This document shows, piece by piece, positions 12,846 through 26,533 of a DNA stretch of 64,000 nucleotides. Position numbers and translations under genes: made by a program. How positions within the stretch are numbered: the first letter of the stretch is position 1; each line of letters starts with the position of its first letter. This DNA is from Sminthopsis crassicaudata (lineage: Eukaryota), in NCBI RefSeq assembly GCF_048593235.1, contig NC_133617.1:385520067-385584066 (forward strand), read 5' to 3'. The notes beneath the pieces are model-generated. The model was not told the origin of the DNA. It was given only the letters and a program-made list of their open reading frames with translations, and made no database searches.

Positions 12846-14090
12846 CTTGAGAAGAGAGTTGCTATGAATATTTTTTGGTCATTTTCCTTACCCCACCTCA
12901 AATTGCTTTTGGTAGTCATGCCAAGAAGTGGTGTTATTAGGCCAAAGGATATGCATGAGGAGATATGCCCTTTGGGCACACATCATATCTTTTGATCATT
13001 TATCAATTGGGGCATTTCTCTTAATTTTTTTTTATAAATTTGACTCAGTTCCCTCTATGTTTGAGAAATGAGGACTTATCAGAAAAAACTTGCTTCAAAA
13101 TTTTTTTTACAATTAATTACTGTTGCTATCTCCCCCTCATTTATCTCTCCTTTCACTCTGACCCTCTTTAAAAGTGGTACTGATCCCTCCCTCTCCCATA
13201 TGCCCTTTTATTACTTTCCCTCACTTCCCATATTCTATTCCCTTCCTATTTTCCTGCAGAGTAAGACAGATTTCTATGCCTTATTGAGTATGTGTGTTAT
13301 TTCCTCTTTGAGCCAATTCTAATGAGAATAAGGTTCGCTCTCTCACCATGTTCTCTTCCTACTCCCCTCCACTGTAAAAGCTTATTCTTGCCTCTTTTTT
13401 TATGGAAGATAATTTATACCATTCCATTTCTCCCAGTACATTCCTCTCTCATATCTTAATTTCATCATTTTTTAAAAAGATGTTATCCCTTCATATTCAA
13501 CTTACACCTATGCCCTCTGTCTCTTTATCTTACTTCTGCCATAATAGAGTTATAAGTATCATCCTCTCATGTAAGAATATAAGATAAATCTTATTAAATC
13601 CTTATAACTTTCCTGGTTATCTCCTTATGCTTCTCCTGAGTCCTGTATTTGAAAATGAAATTTTCTATTAAGTTCTGGTCTTTTCATCGAGAATGCTTGA
13701 AAATCCCCTGTTTCATTGAATGAACACCTTTTCCTCTGAAGGATTATATTCAGTTTTGCTGGATAGGTGATTCTTGGTTGCAATCCTAGCTCCATTGTTC
13801 TTTGGAATGTCATGTTACAAGTCATCCGGTCCTTTAATGTAGAATCTGGTAAATCTTGTGTTATCCTGACTGTGGTTCCAGTATATTTGAATGATTTCTT
13901 TTTGGATGCTTGCAATATTTTCTGTTTGAACTCGGAGTTCTGGAATTTGACTATAACATTCCTGGGAGTTTTTAGTTGGGATCTTTTTCAGGAAATGAGT
14001 GAATTCCTTCAATCTCTATTTTACCCTCCCTCTGTTTCTATAATATCAGGAGAGTTTTCCTTGATAATGTCTTGAGATAACCTTGTCCAG
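12391..14090 (-). mobile_element. Mosaic of L1 fragments (ORF1 C-terminus twice, ORF2 end, ORF1-ORF2 spacer)
   Basis: ORF 13625-13915 VRITQDL...GLQPRITYPAKL is the L1 ORF1 CTD. 12700-12990 is an L1 ORF2 3' end. Confidence 0.8.
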
Positions 14091-14096
14091 GCTCTT

Positions 14097-14127
<31 letters not shown>

Positions 14128-14429
14128 CATGACTTTCAGGTAGACCAATAATTTAAAAATTATCTCTCTAGGATTTATTTTCCAGATCAATTGGATCCAG
14201 GTCTAGGATTAGGGCTAAGGCCAGGACTGTGCTGACACAGGACTGCATGTTTGATTGTCACAGATCTTTTCTATTGACCTTCTAAATTGCCTTCAACTAC
14301 AAGATATTCTACTCTGTCTTTTTTGGGTGTTGACACTTTCAAATTTGTTTAGGGTCACTACTTAAAGAAACTTAGAGTAGGTTTTGGGGAAGAGGTTGGG
14401 TGAATTCCTGGATTTATTCCACTATCTTG

Positions 14430-15335
14430 GTTCTGCTTCCAGGACTATTTAGAAATTATTTTTATTTTTCTGAGTTCCATGGAAAACTTTTTTGGTTATA
14501 CATGAACAATCATTTTTTACATATTTCTCTACATATCATGTTAAGAGAGAAAAATCAGAACAAAAGGGAAAAACCACAAGGGAAAAAAAAGGTGAAAATA
14601 GTATGTGTAGATTTACATTCAGTTTTCATAGTTCTCTCTCTGGATGTGGATAACATTTTCTATCTAAATTTTACTGGAATTGCCTTGGATCATTGAACCA
14701 CTGAGAAGAACCAAGTCTGTCATAGTTGATCATCACAAAGTCCTGCTGTTGCTGTGTACATTGTTTTCCTGGTTCTGCTTGCTTTACTCAGCATCCGTTC
14801 ATGTAAATCTTTCCAGGCTTTTAAAGTCTGTTTGTCATTTTTTATACAACAATAATATTCCATTACTTTCATATACCGTAACTTTAGTCATTCCCCAATT
14901 AATGGGTATCTACTAATTTTCCAATTCTTTGGCACCACAAAGAGCTGCACAATTTTGTCCTTGTGGATCCTTTTTCTTCTTTTATGTTTTCTTTAGGATA
15001 AAGTCCCCAAAGTGGCACCATTAAGGATATGCACAGTTTGATAGTCTTTTAGGCACAGTTCCAGACTGTTCTCCAGAATGGTTGGATCATTTCACAACTC
15101 CCACCAACCATACATTACTGTTCTAGTTTTTCACATCTCCTCCAACATTTATCATTTTCTTTCCCTATCATCTTAGTCAAGCTGAAAGGTATGAGGTGGT
15201 ACCTTGGGATTGTTTTAATTTGCATTTCTCTAATTAATATTGAATTAAGGCATTTTTCATATGATTATAGATGGCTTTAATTTTTCATCTGAAAATTGGT
15301 TGTTCATATCATTTATCAATTAGGGAATGATTTGT
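14430..15335 (-). mobile_element. Older L1 3' end fragment
   Basis: Reverse complement of marsupial L1 ORF2 end and 3' UTR motifs (aataatattccatt..., ccagaatggttggatca). Boundaries approximate. Confidence 0.75.
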
Positions 15336-18300
15336 TAAATTCCAATTTTCAATTGTCCACACTTTCCCTCAGCCCAGCAGACATACTGTTTTCAGAGTCA
15401 ATGCGAAAAGTAGATGTGAGTCTGAATTAATACAAAAGGAATAATTACTTTCCTTTTGCAAAGCCCAATGACAGCACTCAATTAGAAGTGTGAGCACCTG
15501 AATACTGGGAGTTCTGATTTCTTTATTCTCTCAGTCATAGGTCACATGGTTGTGGTGACAAGACCTAAGTTTTCAGACCAGCCAATTCACCCAGTAAATA
15601 AACTATTTCAATCTGTTCATTTGTTTGAAATTGACTTTTCTCTCTTTTATGTAAGGCCAATAATAATAATAGCAGAGAACTCTTGGGGTGGTAAATTTGG
15701 TGAGAATAAACATTTCTTCTGGGACCTCCTAGTCATCTAGCCCTATTCCCTTCTCTGACAGTTCTTCAGGCATTTTAAGGAACATGGCAAGACTATATGT
15801 TGGATCATACCAAAAATTAATTTTTAATTCTTATTTTCCAATAAAAGTCATCCAAATTATCCTATATTTTTATGGGATTATCCCATCATAGGTTGAAAGG
15901 AAAATAAAATCTAACTTTCCCTGTATTTCAGTTATTCCTTCTATCACAGGTGGTCATGTAGTTTTTATATATACATACACATATATACTTGCATACTTCT
16001 AGTGTCAGAGACTGGCCACTTCTAGAGAGGCAGTATATTCCTCTACTTAGATTTCAAATATTCCTAATACATCAGTTCTTGCCTCTATTGAAACAGGCAG
16101 CCTAGTTTCAAGGTCAGGGCTATCTAGACTGTTATATATAACTTATTTCCTTATTTCCTGCTTCTCTTTTACTGAGTCCTTATAATGTATTTCTCACCTG
16201 CTACTTCAGCCAACATTTCCTTCCTTAATCAATGAAACTCTGATCTAGAGGGATTGTGGAGATTTGTAATAATCATATATAACATATGTAATGATAATTA
16301 TAATGAATATATAGAATAATATAATACTTGAGTTCCATTTAAAGCAACAGATTTTCCAGTTAACCAGGATAGTTTGCAATGGCAAGTAGCACCTATTGTC
16401 CAAAAGTACTCACAAAACGTATACATATCTGTAGATATATGTATTCATTTATATATAATTAATATAAAGACATATTCATTTCTGTTTACAGTTGTTTAAT
16501 TGATGCATTGGAAGTGGAATTAGGAGATCTAATTTTGAATCCCTCCTCTCATTATGTGACTGTGGAAAAGTCACTTCCCTCAGCTTCCATTTATTTGTCT
16601 TAAAAGTAATATGTATATATATCTCACATTGTTGTGAAGAAAGTCTTTTTATAAAAATGTGTTGTTTTTTCACTCCACCTGTACCAGATGCATCCCTTAT
16701 AATTTTTTAAAGGGAAAAATATTCAAAAAAATAAACCAATATATTTTTTTGGGGGGGGAGTTTCTAATACAAAATCCTTTATTCTTTTTTTTAAATTTTA
16801 TTTTATTTTAAAAACAGAATAGGAATACAAAACAAAATGAAACAAAAAGAGAACATTGTTATGTGCCTAGCAGAAAGAATTGTTGTTTTAATAATAATAA
16901 TGGCTCTTTTATAACCTGTAACAACAATGTTTATATATAGCCTTTAAAAGTTTGCAAAGTACTTTACAAAGATCTCATTATTATTTCAATAATCCTGAGG
17001 TAGTGTTATCATTACCTTTATTTTTTAAATAAGATGATAACTGAAGAAGAAAGTACAATCTCCTAGCTCTTTAGGATGGGACAGCCAGTCATGCTTGGTC
17101 AATATAATTTTTAAAGCATTCTAGTTTCATCTTGAAGCAGTTGAAAAAAAGACCTTTTCCAGGGTAGAACAGACAATTAAGGACATACCTAGTTATATGT
17201 GTATCTAAAGTTTGACTCCTTTCATTTTGAAATATCTTTTGATGCTGTTTATCTTTTCATCACAATCATTCCCAATCCATCTTTATATTGTAATAGACAA
17301 TTGAACTATGTAACACAGAAACCTTGTACAACAATGTATACATTATTTAGAGTTAATAGTTCATCTGCATCAAAGGAAGGAGTTTGTTTCCTTTTCCACC
17401 CCAAGACCTTCCTTTGTTTATTCATTGCTCAGAGTCCAACTTTTCTTTTTATAAATTCCTTTCAAAATTTTTTTATGAACTTTAATAAGTGTATTTTCTT
17501 TTACACAATAGAAAACCAGGATGTAGCATTAAGAATTTCCTTTTGAAAAAAGTACCAATTCCAATAGTTCTTTGATTTTCCATGTCCTTCTGAATTTCTT
17601 CTGCTTTGTGTAGTTTTTCAAATGCTTTATTGGTGGTTTTTCCTTTTTTTTTTTTTTTTTTTCCTTTTCCATCTCATTCACTATCATTCCTAATCTTTCT
17701 CCAGCTCTTCATTAAATAAAATGCCTCATTACAAATAAGTAATAATACATTAATCAGAGCACATACCTAATACTGACTTGACTGAAAATGTAGGCCTCCT
17801 CTTGTGTATCTGTTTCATCACCTCTGCTAGGAGGTGGGATCATGATCGACAATTTGTCTTTCACAACTGTTTTCCTTTATGACTCTGAATTATTGTGTAA
17901 ATTGCCCTCTGGTATTGACTTTATTCAATCTGTAGCTGTTTAAACAACTCTTCTCGAGTTTTCTGAAGGCTTTCTGCTCCAGCTGACCAAGAAATTCAGC
18001 AAAACTAATATACCAGTCTTATCAAAAACTATATACACAACTCCATATTCTCCTCAAGACCTGTTGTTATTGTTCAGTCGTGTCTGACTCTTTGTGAGTA
18101 CCATTTGAGATTTTCTTGGCAAAAGCCAAATTGGAATGGTTTATTTCCTTCCCCAGCTCATTTGACAGATGAGGTAAAATTAAGTGACTTGCCCATCATA
18201 TCACAGCTAGTAATAAATGGATGAGGCAGGATTTGAACTCAATCAGATGAGTCTTTCTGACTCTAGGCCCAGTACTTTACACTTCACCACATTGCTGCCA

Positions 18301-20074
18301 CCTAGTTTCCCACCTACACATTAAATGGAGGGAGGTATGTTAATCCAAAGTATTTTTTTTTCTTTTCTAAATATTTTTATTACTTCTTTCAGCTTTTTCA
18401 TAAAGTTTAACATAGCTCCATTCCCAGAGCCATTTTTTATATCAAATAATGAAAAAAAATTTTAAAAAGAGGAAAAACAATCAGTTCTGCTAAATTAATC
18501 TAGTATGTATGCAGTGTTCCACACCTAACATCATCTTTTATTTCCACAAACAAGGGAGGGAAGGATGCTTTCTTGGAGGGCCCATTTGTTCATGATGTTG
18601 GATGCTGGTAAGTCTTATTCAATTTCAGATTATTTTTGCTATTCTTTCCATTTATATCGTTAATCGTTGCCAATCTATAATGCTTTCCTCACTTTGGGTC
18701 AATTCACATAATAATGAACTATTCTGATAACGATGTCATCATATTGACCATCTGGGAGTTTGCCTAATGCAGACAGCATGGAGAAAGCTTGTCATGTAGT
18801 GTAGAAGAGAACATAGAGAAACCTTCCTGGAACAGATGGAATTTGAGTTGGATTTTAAGTAATGTGTAAGAGGGCAACAGTCAATGAAGGAATGGATTAC
18901 AGCCTTGGAACAGCCTGGGAATGGAGGGGTGGGAGAACAGAACATTTTGGCTGCACGTCCATAGATTTTGTGGAGGGAAGTATATAGGAAGGAAGGATTG
19001 GCAAATTGCTTAGTGCCATTTAGTGGAGAAGTTTGCCAGGGATTGCCTTTACTCAAAAGACAGTCTGAAGCCACTGAGGATTTCTGAGTGGGAAGCTTTC
19101 CAGATGAAAAAGATTATATTCTCATGAAAGACCCATTGGAGAGGGAAGAGTTCTCTGACCTCTCTAGCTGATTCTGCTCTGAACCCGTATCTTTTCATTG
19201 GTTTGGTATATATTTCCCAAGCGTCTATAATTTTGGTCCTCTGTTCAATTCAACAAAACTATTTATTAACCATTGTATGTCAGGCATTTTAATAGGTGCT
19301 GGAGAGGCCATAAAAATAAAAACAATCTCTGCCCTAGTTCTGTAATCTACATGTATACTTCTGACTTTTGTTCCGGACATATTCCCCAAGGATACTTGTC
19401 CCTGAAACAGTACACCCAAAAGTCTTTTCCCTTAATACTGTTCTCCATGAATGCAGAGAATAGAAACTTGTATTTCTTTGAAAGATATATACCAAGCATG
19501 CCAGCAGAGTCGATTTATTTCCCTTGGTTCTTCCCTACCCCAATCCCTCCAGATTCTAAAGGAACACATCTTTTTAGGTATCTTCTAGGCCCCTATTAAA
19601 TTAAATGTTCACTCTTTCTTTTGACTTCAAGATTGATGTCTGAAGCACCATGATGATTCACCAAAATCTTATGCTGATAATATTAGGGTTATCACTGACT
19701 GTACACAAACTCACACCTGCCTCTGATTAGCTGATGAATGCTATTGATTCTATCTCTGCAATATCTCAAACTTCTATCTCCTCTATTCCTACTGCCCCAT
19801 TGTTACTTACTTGCATAACTGCAATAGCTAACTTAAAAGTCTTGCTGCTTTGGATCTCAGTTTTCTTCTCTGCAAAAAGGGGAGAGCAGTAATTTATGTT
19901 CTTTCCTCAGAGTTGTGTGAGATTCTGCATATATGTGTTACATTGTAAATTGTTTTTAACAGTCATTATGAGCAATGAATGTCTCCTTTTAAAAACTTAT
20001 TTGCTTAAGAGAAAAATATTTTAAAATAATATTCTTATTTCAGATTTTAGTTGAAAATTGCCTCCAGGTTTGTC

Positions 20075-23000
20075 TTCATTGTTGATTGATTAGTGTTTAT
20101 TATACGTGACTTATTTATATTAGTGATAATTTTTGAAACACTATGCCAGTTGTTTGTACTTAATACTTATTATACTGTCTAGAAAGAAGTTAGAAAGAAG
20201 TTGCTTCTATTTGATTCAGAAACTGCTAAATGAAACAAGTCTAAGAGTGTTTATTTGAAAATTACTTTAAAAGCCCATGTTTACAGAGATGCAGATTTAC
20301 ATAGCCTAGAGAAAAAAGCAAGTGTTTTAAAAAATGTACAGTCTATTTACTATCATTGCACTCACATTTTAATATACAAGGCATTTTATTTTATATAAAT
20401 AAATTGTAAATGTACAACATCATACAACAAGTATGGTATAAATTTATCCAAACACATAATATTGAAATAGATTGGGTTCCATTTACACCTACCCATTCAC
20501 TTTTACTTCACTTTTTGCAAAATATGGTTACATTTTACATGCCCTAACACATATTATCTGCTATAGGTTTTCTGTGAATGACTAATTTGTGGGGAAAAAA
20601 AGACAAAACCAACAGTTTTAGTGGGATATCATCATTAGTGTGCATTTAAAAAAGAGTAGGACCTGCAGGGTTCTTCTGAAACACATATCCTAAGACTCTT
20701 GAATACATAAAAAATGTTTTCTATTGTCAAGTCCAATCCAGTCATACCTTTTGCATAATCCCTCCGAGTCCAAGAGAGCTAAGCCAGGAGCTCTTTCAAG
20801 TGACATTTTTAATGTTGATGCCTGGGCTAGTAAACAAGCTTTTTCCTTCCAGCTCCCAAGTATAAGGAGTTAGGAAGTCTCAGAAAAGATCACATGCTCT
20901 TTCTAATCCAGCTGCTATACAGATCCAAACAAAAATTTTTTTTAAAAAATAGCTCACATTTCAAGTTTGCAAAACTTTCTCCATCTTATTTGGCCAATCA
21001 GCACAACAGAAGGCAAGGAGTTGTTTCTACTTATTTATTATTGAAGGATACTGATACCAATTGATTCCAATGAGTGTAAGGGGAAAAGTCTCTATAGTGG
21101 CTTTGATTCTCTGAATGCTATGTGGTAACTGAAATAATCACCTGATTCCATTGAACATGTGGTCATCCTCCTCCCCCCTCAGAAGCCATCCTCTCTTCCT
21201 AGATGAGAAGTCAGAGAACCAAAATTTCTCTCAAATTTGAGAAAGGTAATCATAAATGCTAGGTGGACCTGGAATTCCTGGAAAATCAGTATATATCAAT
21301 CATGTAGGCTGAAGGATTCAACAGGCTTCTTTGAAATGCAGTGCTTTCTAAATTTCTTTCTCTGTCCACAGAATTAAGCTTTCATATTAGTCAAATTTAG
21401 TGATACTGACAACTCTGCCGATACTCTGTTTTTTGAGCTCACATTCATTGAGATTGATAGAATATGTATTCTACAATATTTATGACGGCTTATCAGTTTA
21501 GCCTGGAAAATAACGTCTTCAAAAAGAACTTATTTCACTGCCTTTATCAATTTAAATTGTCATCAACCCTATTTTATCTGAGAACATCAGCCTTGTCAAC
21601 AAATATGCATCCACCACCCTTAAAAGAATTATATGACAAAATTATTAAAGGGGCTATCAACAGAAATATTTATCAATTTATAAATTGATATAAATTGATA
21701 AAAAATTTTATCAATGACAATAACATAGAGATAAGGTTTAACTATATGATAGTTACCCCTTTATCTGAAAAGAATGACCTGTACTTTTTAATCATTATCT
21801 TTTTTCATTATCTTCTTGCTTCCTGTTGTGTTCATTGGTTGAATGAGATGGGGAAAGTTTTGCAAACTTCAAATATGAGCTATTAAAAAAAATAAAAGTT
21901 TTTGATACTGGTGATGGTGATTGAGTCTTGCACAATAATGAAGAGATTTGAGCTTACACAAAAGTTGGAAATGACAGAATGAGACTCCCAACTCCTTATT
22001 CTTGGTTGGAATCTAGAAGCATTTACACATTTCAAAGATAAACAAGCAGGTAAAGATTCCAAAATTATCAAGAAAGGGTTCTTTTTTATTCAAAGATTAT
22101 TAACAAATAACTTCCCCAACCAATTTTGGTGGAAGAAATGGGCACACAAAAGGGCAATGGAGTTCCTTCAGACTGTCATATATTTAAGAGAATGAACCAT
22201 AAGGAGGGAATTCCAAAGCACCCTAACCAAAGATTTAGGGTCACAACAGTATTCAGTAGGACACCATCACCTTTGGCAAAAATGATACACATTTGAAAAT
22301 GTACTGTGATAGAAAGGGCAACAAGAACGTTATCCACAGTGTGAGATAGGATCTAGTACTTAGAAATATTAATTTCCTAAAAAAAAAATTCCTTAAGACA
22401 ATTTAGAGTGTCCAGATGAAACTTCATTTACAGTACATATTGATAAATCTGTGGACAGTAAGACATATTTGATGATTAAAAATTAAAGCCAATTGAAACA
22501 AAGTCCCAAAACTTAGTGATAGTGACAACTCTACATGAGTATGTCCTGATTTTTTAGGTGTGACACTCATTGAGAAGAATGAGATTGATAGAATGTATAT
22601 TTCACAATATTTATGAAGGCTTATCAGTTTAGCCTGGCAAATGACATGTCTTCAGAAAGAATTTATCTCACTATCCTTAGCCCTCTGGAAGGACACATCT
22701 ACCACATTGAGCAGTTTCCTCATTTTTGTTTTTTTTCAGTTATAGGGAATTCCTAAGCTCAGCCACATGAGTAACTATTTTTAAACCTTTTTTCTTCAGG
22801 TAATATTTACAAACATGGCAGCAGCTTTCCATGTACTCAATACATCCTGTTAATTTTATCCACAAAATGATACACTATCCTACAGTCCTTTTCATTTTGT
22901 CCCTGAAGATGTGTGTTTCAGTTTCCTCTATTACTCTATAAAAATTGGAAGCTAGTGTGTATTCTACTCACGGTGACAGAAAATGACTAAATGATATGGA

Positions 23001-23392
23001 CACAATCTAAAATCTTGTTTTGTCATGATAGCAAGCAAAAATTGATATCCCTAACAAGAAAACTCTGTTTCAAGGCCAAGGACAGCCACACAACTGAAAG
23101 TGATTTTCCCAGCTAAGAATGCTTCATGTGACAGGGATCCCAGAGTTCAATTTCATTGTCTTTCAATACCCCCAAATCATTAGGGTTTTTTAATACCTTT
23201 CCAAATTCTAGGAAGGTCTGAGGATTCTTCTCAAAAGACCATCTGTGCAAGCTTCACTGGTCCACACCAATGCGACTCTTGGCTGTTTTAAGGATTCCAT
23301 TCAACTGCTACAGTCACTTTGAAACAAAATGAAGGAAAGGGGAGATACTGGAAAGAGTTCTTTGTGGCCAATCTCACAAGCCACAATGTGGC
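20075..23392 (-). other. PDZD2: Probable PDZD2 3' UTR (~3.3 kb; distal end uncertain)
   Basis: Repeat-poor, AT-rich sequence following the stop codon. Minus-strand AATAAA candidates at 20101-20096, ~20250 and ~20390. The end is inferred, not observed. Confidence 0.55.
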
Positions 23393-23559
23393 TCAAACTG
23401 CTGTTCTGTGCTTCCTAATTAATAATTGCACAGGCCCCTCTGGGACAGATTTAATCATGTTCCAGGCGTCATAGTGCATGAGCCCTGTCAGTGACTTTCC
23501 ATTAATGGCGAGAATTTCATCTCCAGCTTCAACCGTCCCGGCTTGTTCTGCAGTACCAC
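23393..23559 (-). CDS. PDZD2: PDZD2 last coding exon, end of last PDZ domain and stop
   Basis: ttaacccatag|GT GGT ACT... translates (G)GTAEQAGTVEAGDEILAINGKSLTGLMHYDAWNMIKSVPEGPVQLLIRKHRTAV*, with TGA at 23395-23393. Confidence 0.95.
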
Positions 23560-26398
23560 CTATGGGTTAAGAAGGAACAGGAAGTGCTGAGTAAGGACCC
23601 TGAAGAAGTAAAAAGCCCCCACCCCCATGACTTTGAAAACTGAATAAATAATTTCTCACCCTGGGACTGGAACATATTTCTTCTTTACTTCTGAGTGCCC
23701 CAACAGCAAATTTATAAACTTGGGTACAAATGAAACTGAGCTGGGGCTTATCCTGAGTAAGAGGTAATTTGCTTTTATTCAGTGTTCATTAAACAAATCA
23801 AAGACCAAAAAATGAGGTTGGACAGAAGAAGGAAATTTAGGAAGCTTAAAGATGATGGTGAACAGAAAACACTTTGAAGGATCGCATACTCAATTTCTGA
23901 AATTGACCACTTAAGATCAAAGGACCATGAATAACTAATATTTGAACATCAAAAATATCAGTGAGATGAAAGAAATATTTCTTGGTCTGATATAGAAATA
24001 AAACATTCATACTCAACTTCTAAAAATGAAAATCTTTATCTGTGACAGAAGTAGAATTTTTTTTTTTTATTAATTAAAAATCCCAAAGGACATCTAACTC
24101 TGATAATTTAGTCAGTGATATCGAGGGCAATATTTCATTCTTGAGGCCAAAAAACTATTTTATGGGAAGGCTGATGTATTAGTGAACTTGATGTATTCTA
24201 TTGGCATACTTCTAAGGAACGTGGATCCAAAGACCCAAGCCATATTACCTATAGCCAAAGATGGGAGAGGCATTTAAGTGAAATAGTGGATACAGCACTG
24301 GAGTCAGGTAAGCTTGACATCAAATTCAGCCTCTATTAATAGAGACTGGGGACTATGGATATAGAATATTGCACATACCATCACATTTAGTTGATGTGTC
24401 ATTTAGTTTTGTTGAATTATTATTTCTTTTCCTTTTTCTTAAAATTTTTTTTTTACCCCTGAGTTAGGGAAAAGGAAAATGGAAATGAAGTTGATATAAG
24501 CAAAATATACCAATAAAATTTATTTTCAATAGTACCTATTCATTTTTTAAAAATATATCTTAAATTTCTATTATTAAAAATTTGTATTATAGAGAATAGA
24601 TGTAATATTATAATTATGAATTGCTTTTATCATAATAAATTATTTAAATAAATTTTGTTTAATAAACTTTTTTGATATATTTTGCTAAATTGCCTAAATT
24701 TCTCTCTATTCTTTTACCTACTCCCAGGGACTTCTCTCTTTTATTAAATAACTTTCAAAGTGATTAGAAAAAGAAAAAAGAAAAAAATCAAGAAAATTGA
24801 AATCTAACAAAACATATAATGTTCCATACCTCTGGAATCCCTACTTCTGTAAATTAGTAAAGGCAGATATTGTCTCATATCTCTTTGGAATCAAACTTGT
24901 TTTTTTAGTTTGTTAACATTTTTGGTGGTTCTTTTTAAAAAAATTATATTGTTGTAGTCATTATGTATACTTTTCCTGGTCCTGCTTACTTCACAATACA
25001 TCAGTTCATACATGTTTTTCCATGCTTCTCTGTATTCAGTGTGTTCACCATTTCTTAAAGTAATATTCCATTATATTTGTAATACCACATTTTCTTTAGG
25101 TATTTCTTAATCAGTGGGCTTCTCCTTTTTTCTCCAAAGTTTTTCTGCCACCACAGAAAGTGCTGAGGTATATGTATATGTACAAGTATATATTTATATG
25201 TATGTATATCTCACGTATATTTAAAGAACATGAACTAGGAGTTAAAAGATTTATAGTTTAGTCTTAGATTGTCCATTTACTAGCTGGATGATCTTAAGTA
25301 AATCATTTCATTGCTTTGAGTCTTAAGTTTTTCCCTTTGCTGAAAGGGAACAACAATACTTGACTTCTTTACTCAAGTTGTGTGAGATTATAATTATATA
25401 ATTCTAAACAAATATTAAAAGGGGCGAGGTCATTGACCAAAAAAACTAAGAACAAGTTTTTCAGACACATAGAGTGATTAAGGGGTAATTTTAAAGAGGA
25501 AATAGTAGAAGTCCATATATACTTGAAGTTCTGTAGAACATTTTACATGTTATCTCATTTTATCCTCATTACAAACCTGAGAGTTAAATTACTTGAGATA
25601 TCTTTATCCCCATTTTACAGATGAGAAAACTGAAGTTCATTGACATTGAGAGAGAGATGCTTATGATCCTAAAAAGTGCAAAATGGTGGGGGCAGGATTG
25701 GAAAACACATTTAGTGAATTTGCCAATTACCCAATTACTAGATTCAGCATAATTCCCATAGGGCTCCCAATTTCTAGTTAATTTATAATCTTTTCATTGC
25801 TATTGTAACACTAATTTAATGAAATTAATAATTAGCATTTGTTTTCCAAATATATAAGATTTTTATCCTCTACAGTCATTATTCTGAGAAGTGCCTGCTA
25901 TAATTTCCCCCATATTTGATAGATGAGGAAATTAAGGCATAGGAAAAATGACTTCTTCAGTATCATACAAGTACTATGACTAAGTATTAACTTGGACTTA
26001 GATCTTCCTGACTATGGCTATCTATCTAGATATAAAAAAGGCTCACTCAAGAAGCTGATGTGAAACTTCGTCAAAATTCAATAGTGCTCTTCAAAAGCAC
26101 TTTTTTCCTTTCTAAGGCTAGGACTAGAAATAAGACATCTTTAACGGCACCTTCCCTTTTCTTAGACTAACATTTCTAACTTCAGTTGAAATAAGAAAGG
26201 TACATTTAGTAGTAGTTAGGTATTCAACCCCCAGGGTTTTTAGAGAACACAGCATTTTTACAGTAGCAAATTTTATTACTAAGATATTTCATATGCATTA
26301 GAAAATACCTGGCCTCTCTCAGATGACATGGAAATTTTTAGATCCAGAAACCAAGTTGCAAATCACAGAAAATGTAGTGACTTTTCCAGGTACAGTAC

Positions 26399-26533
26399 CT
26401 TTAAAGACTCTTTTTATTAGCAAGGGTCGGTCTCCAGCCACAGATGCTTTTCCTCCATCAAGACTGAAGCCTAGTCCAGCAGAGGTCTTCAGTAACTCAA
26501 CACACACTGCATCATTCAGCTCTGCCTGTTTGC
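26399..26533 (-). CDS. PDZD2: PDZD2 coding exon (135 bp), first half of last PDZ domain
   Basis: gcagcag|GC AAA...AAA G|gtactg. Translates (G)[44 protein letters not shown]. An alternative acceptor 3 nt upstream (26536) is possible. Confidence 0.92.
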
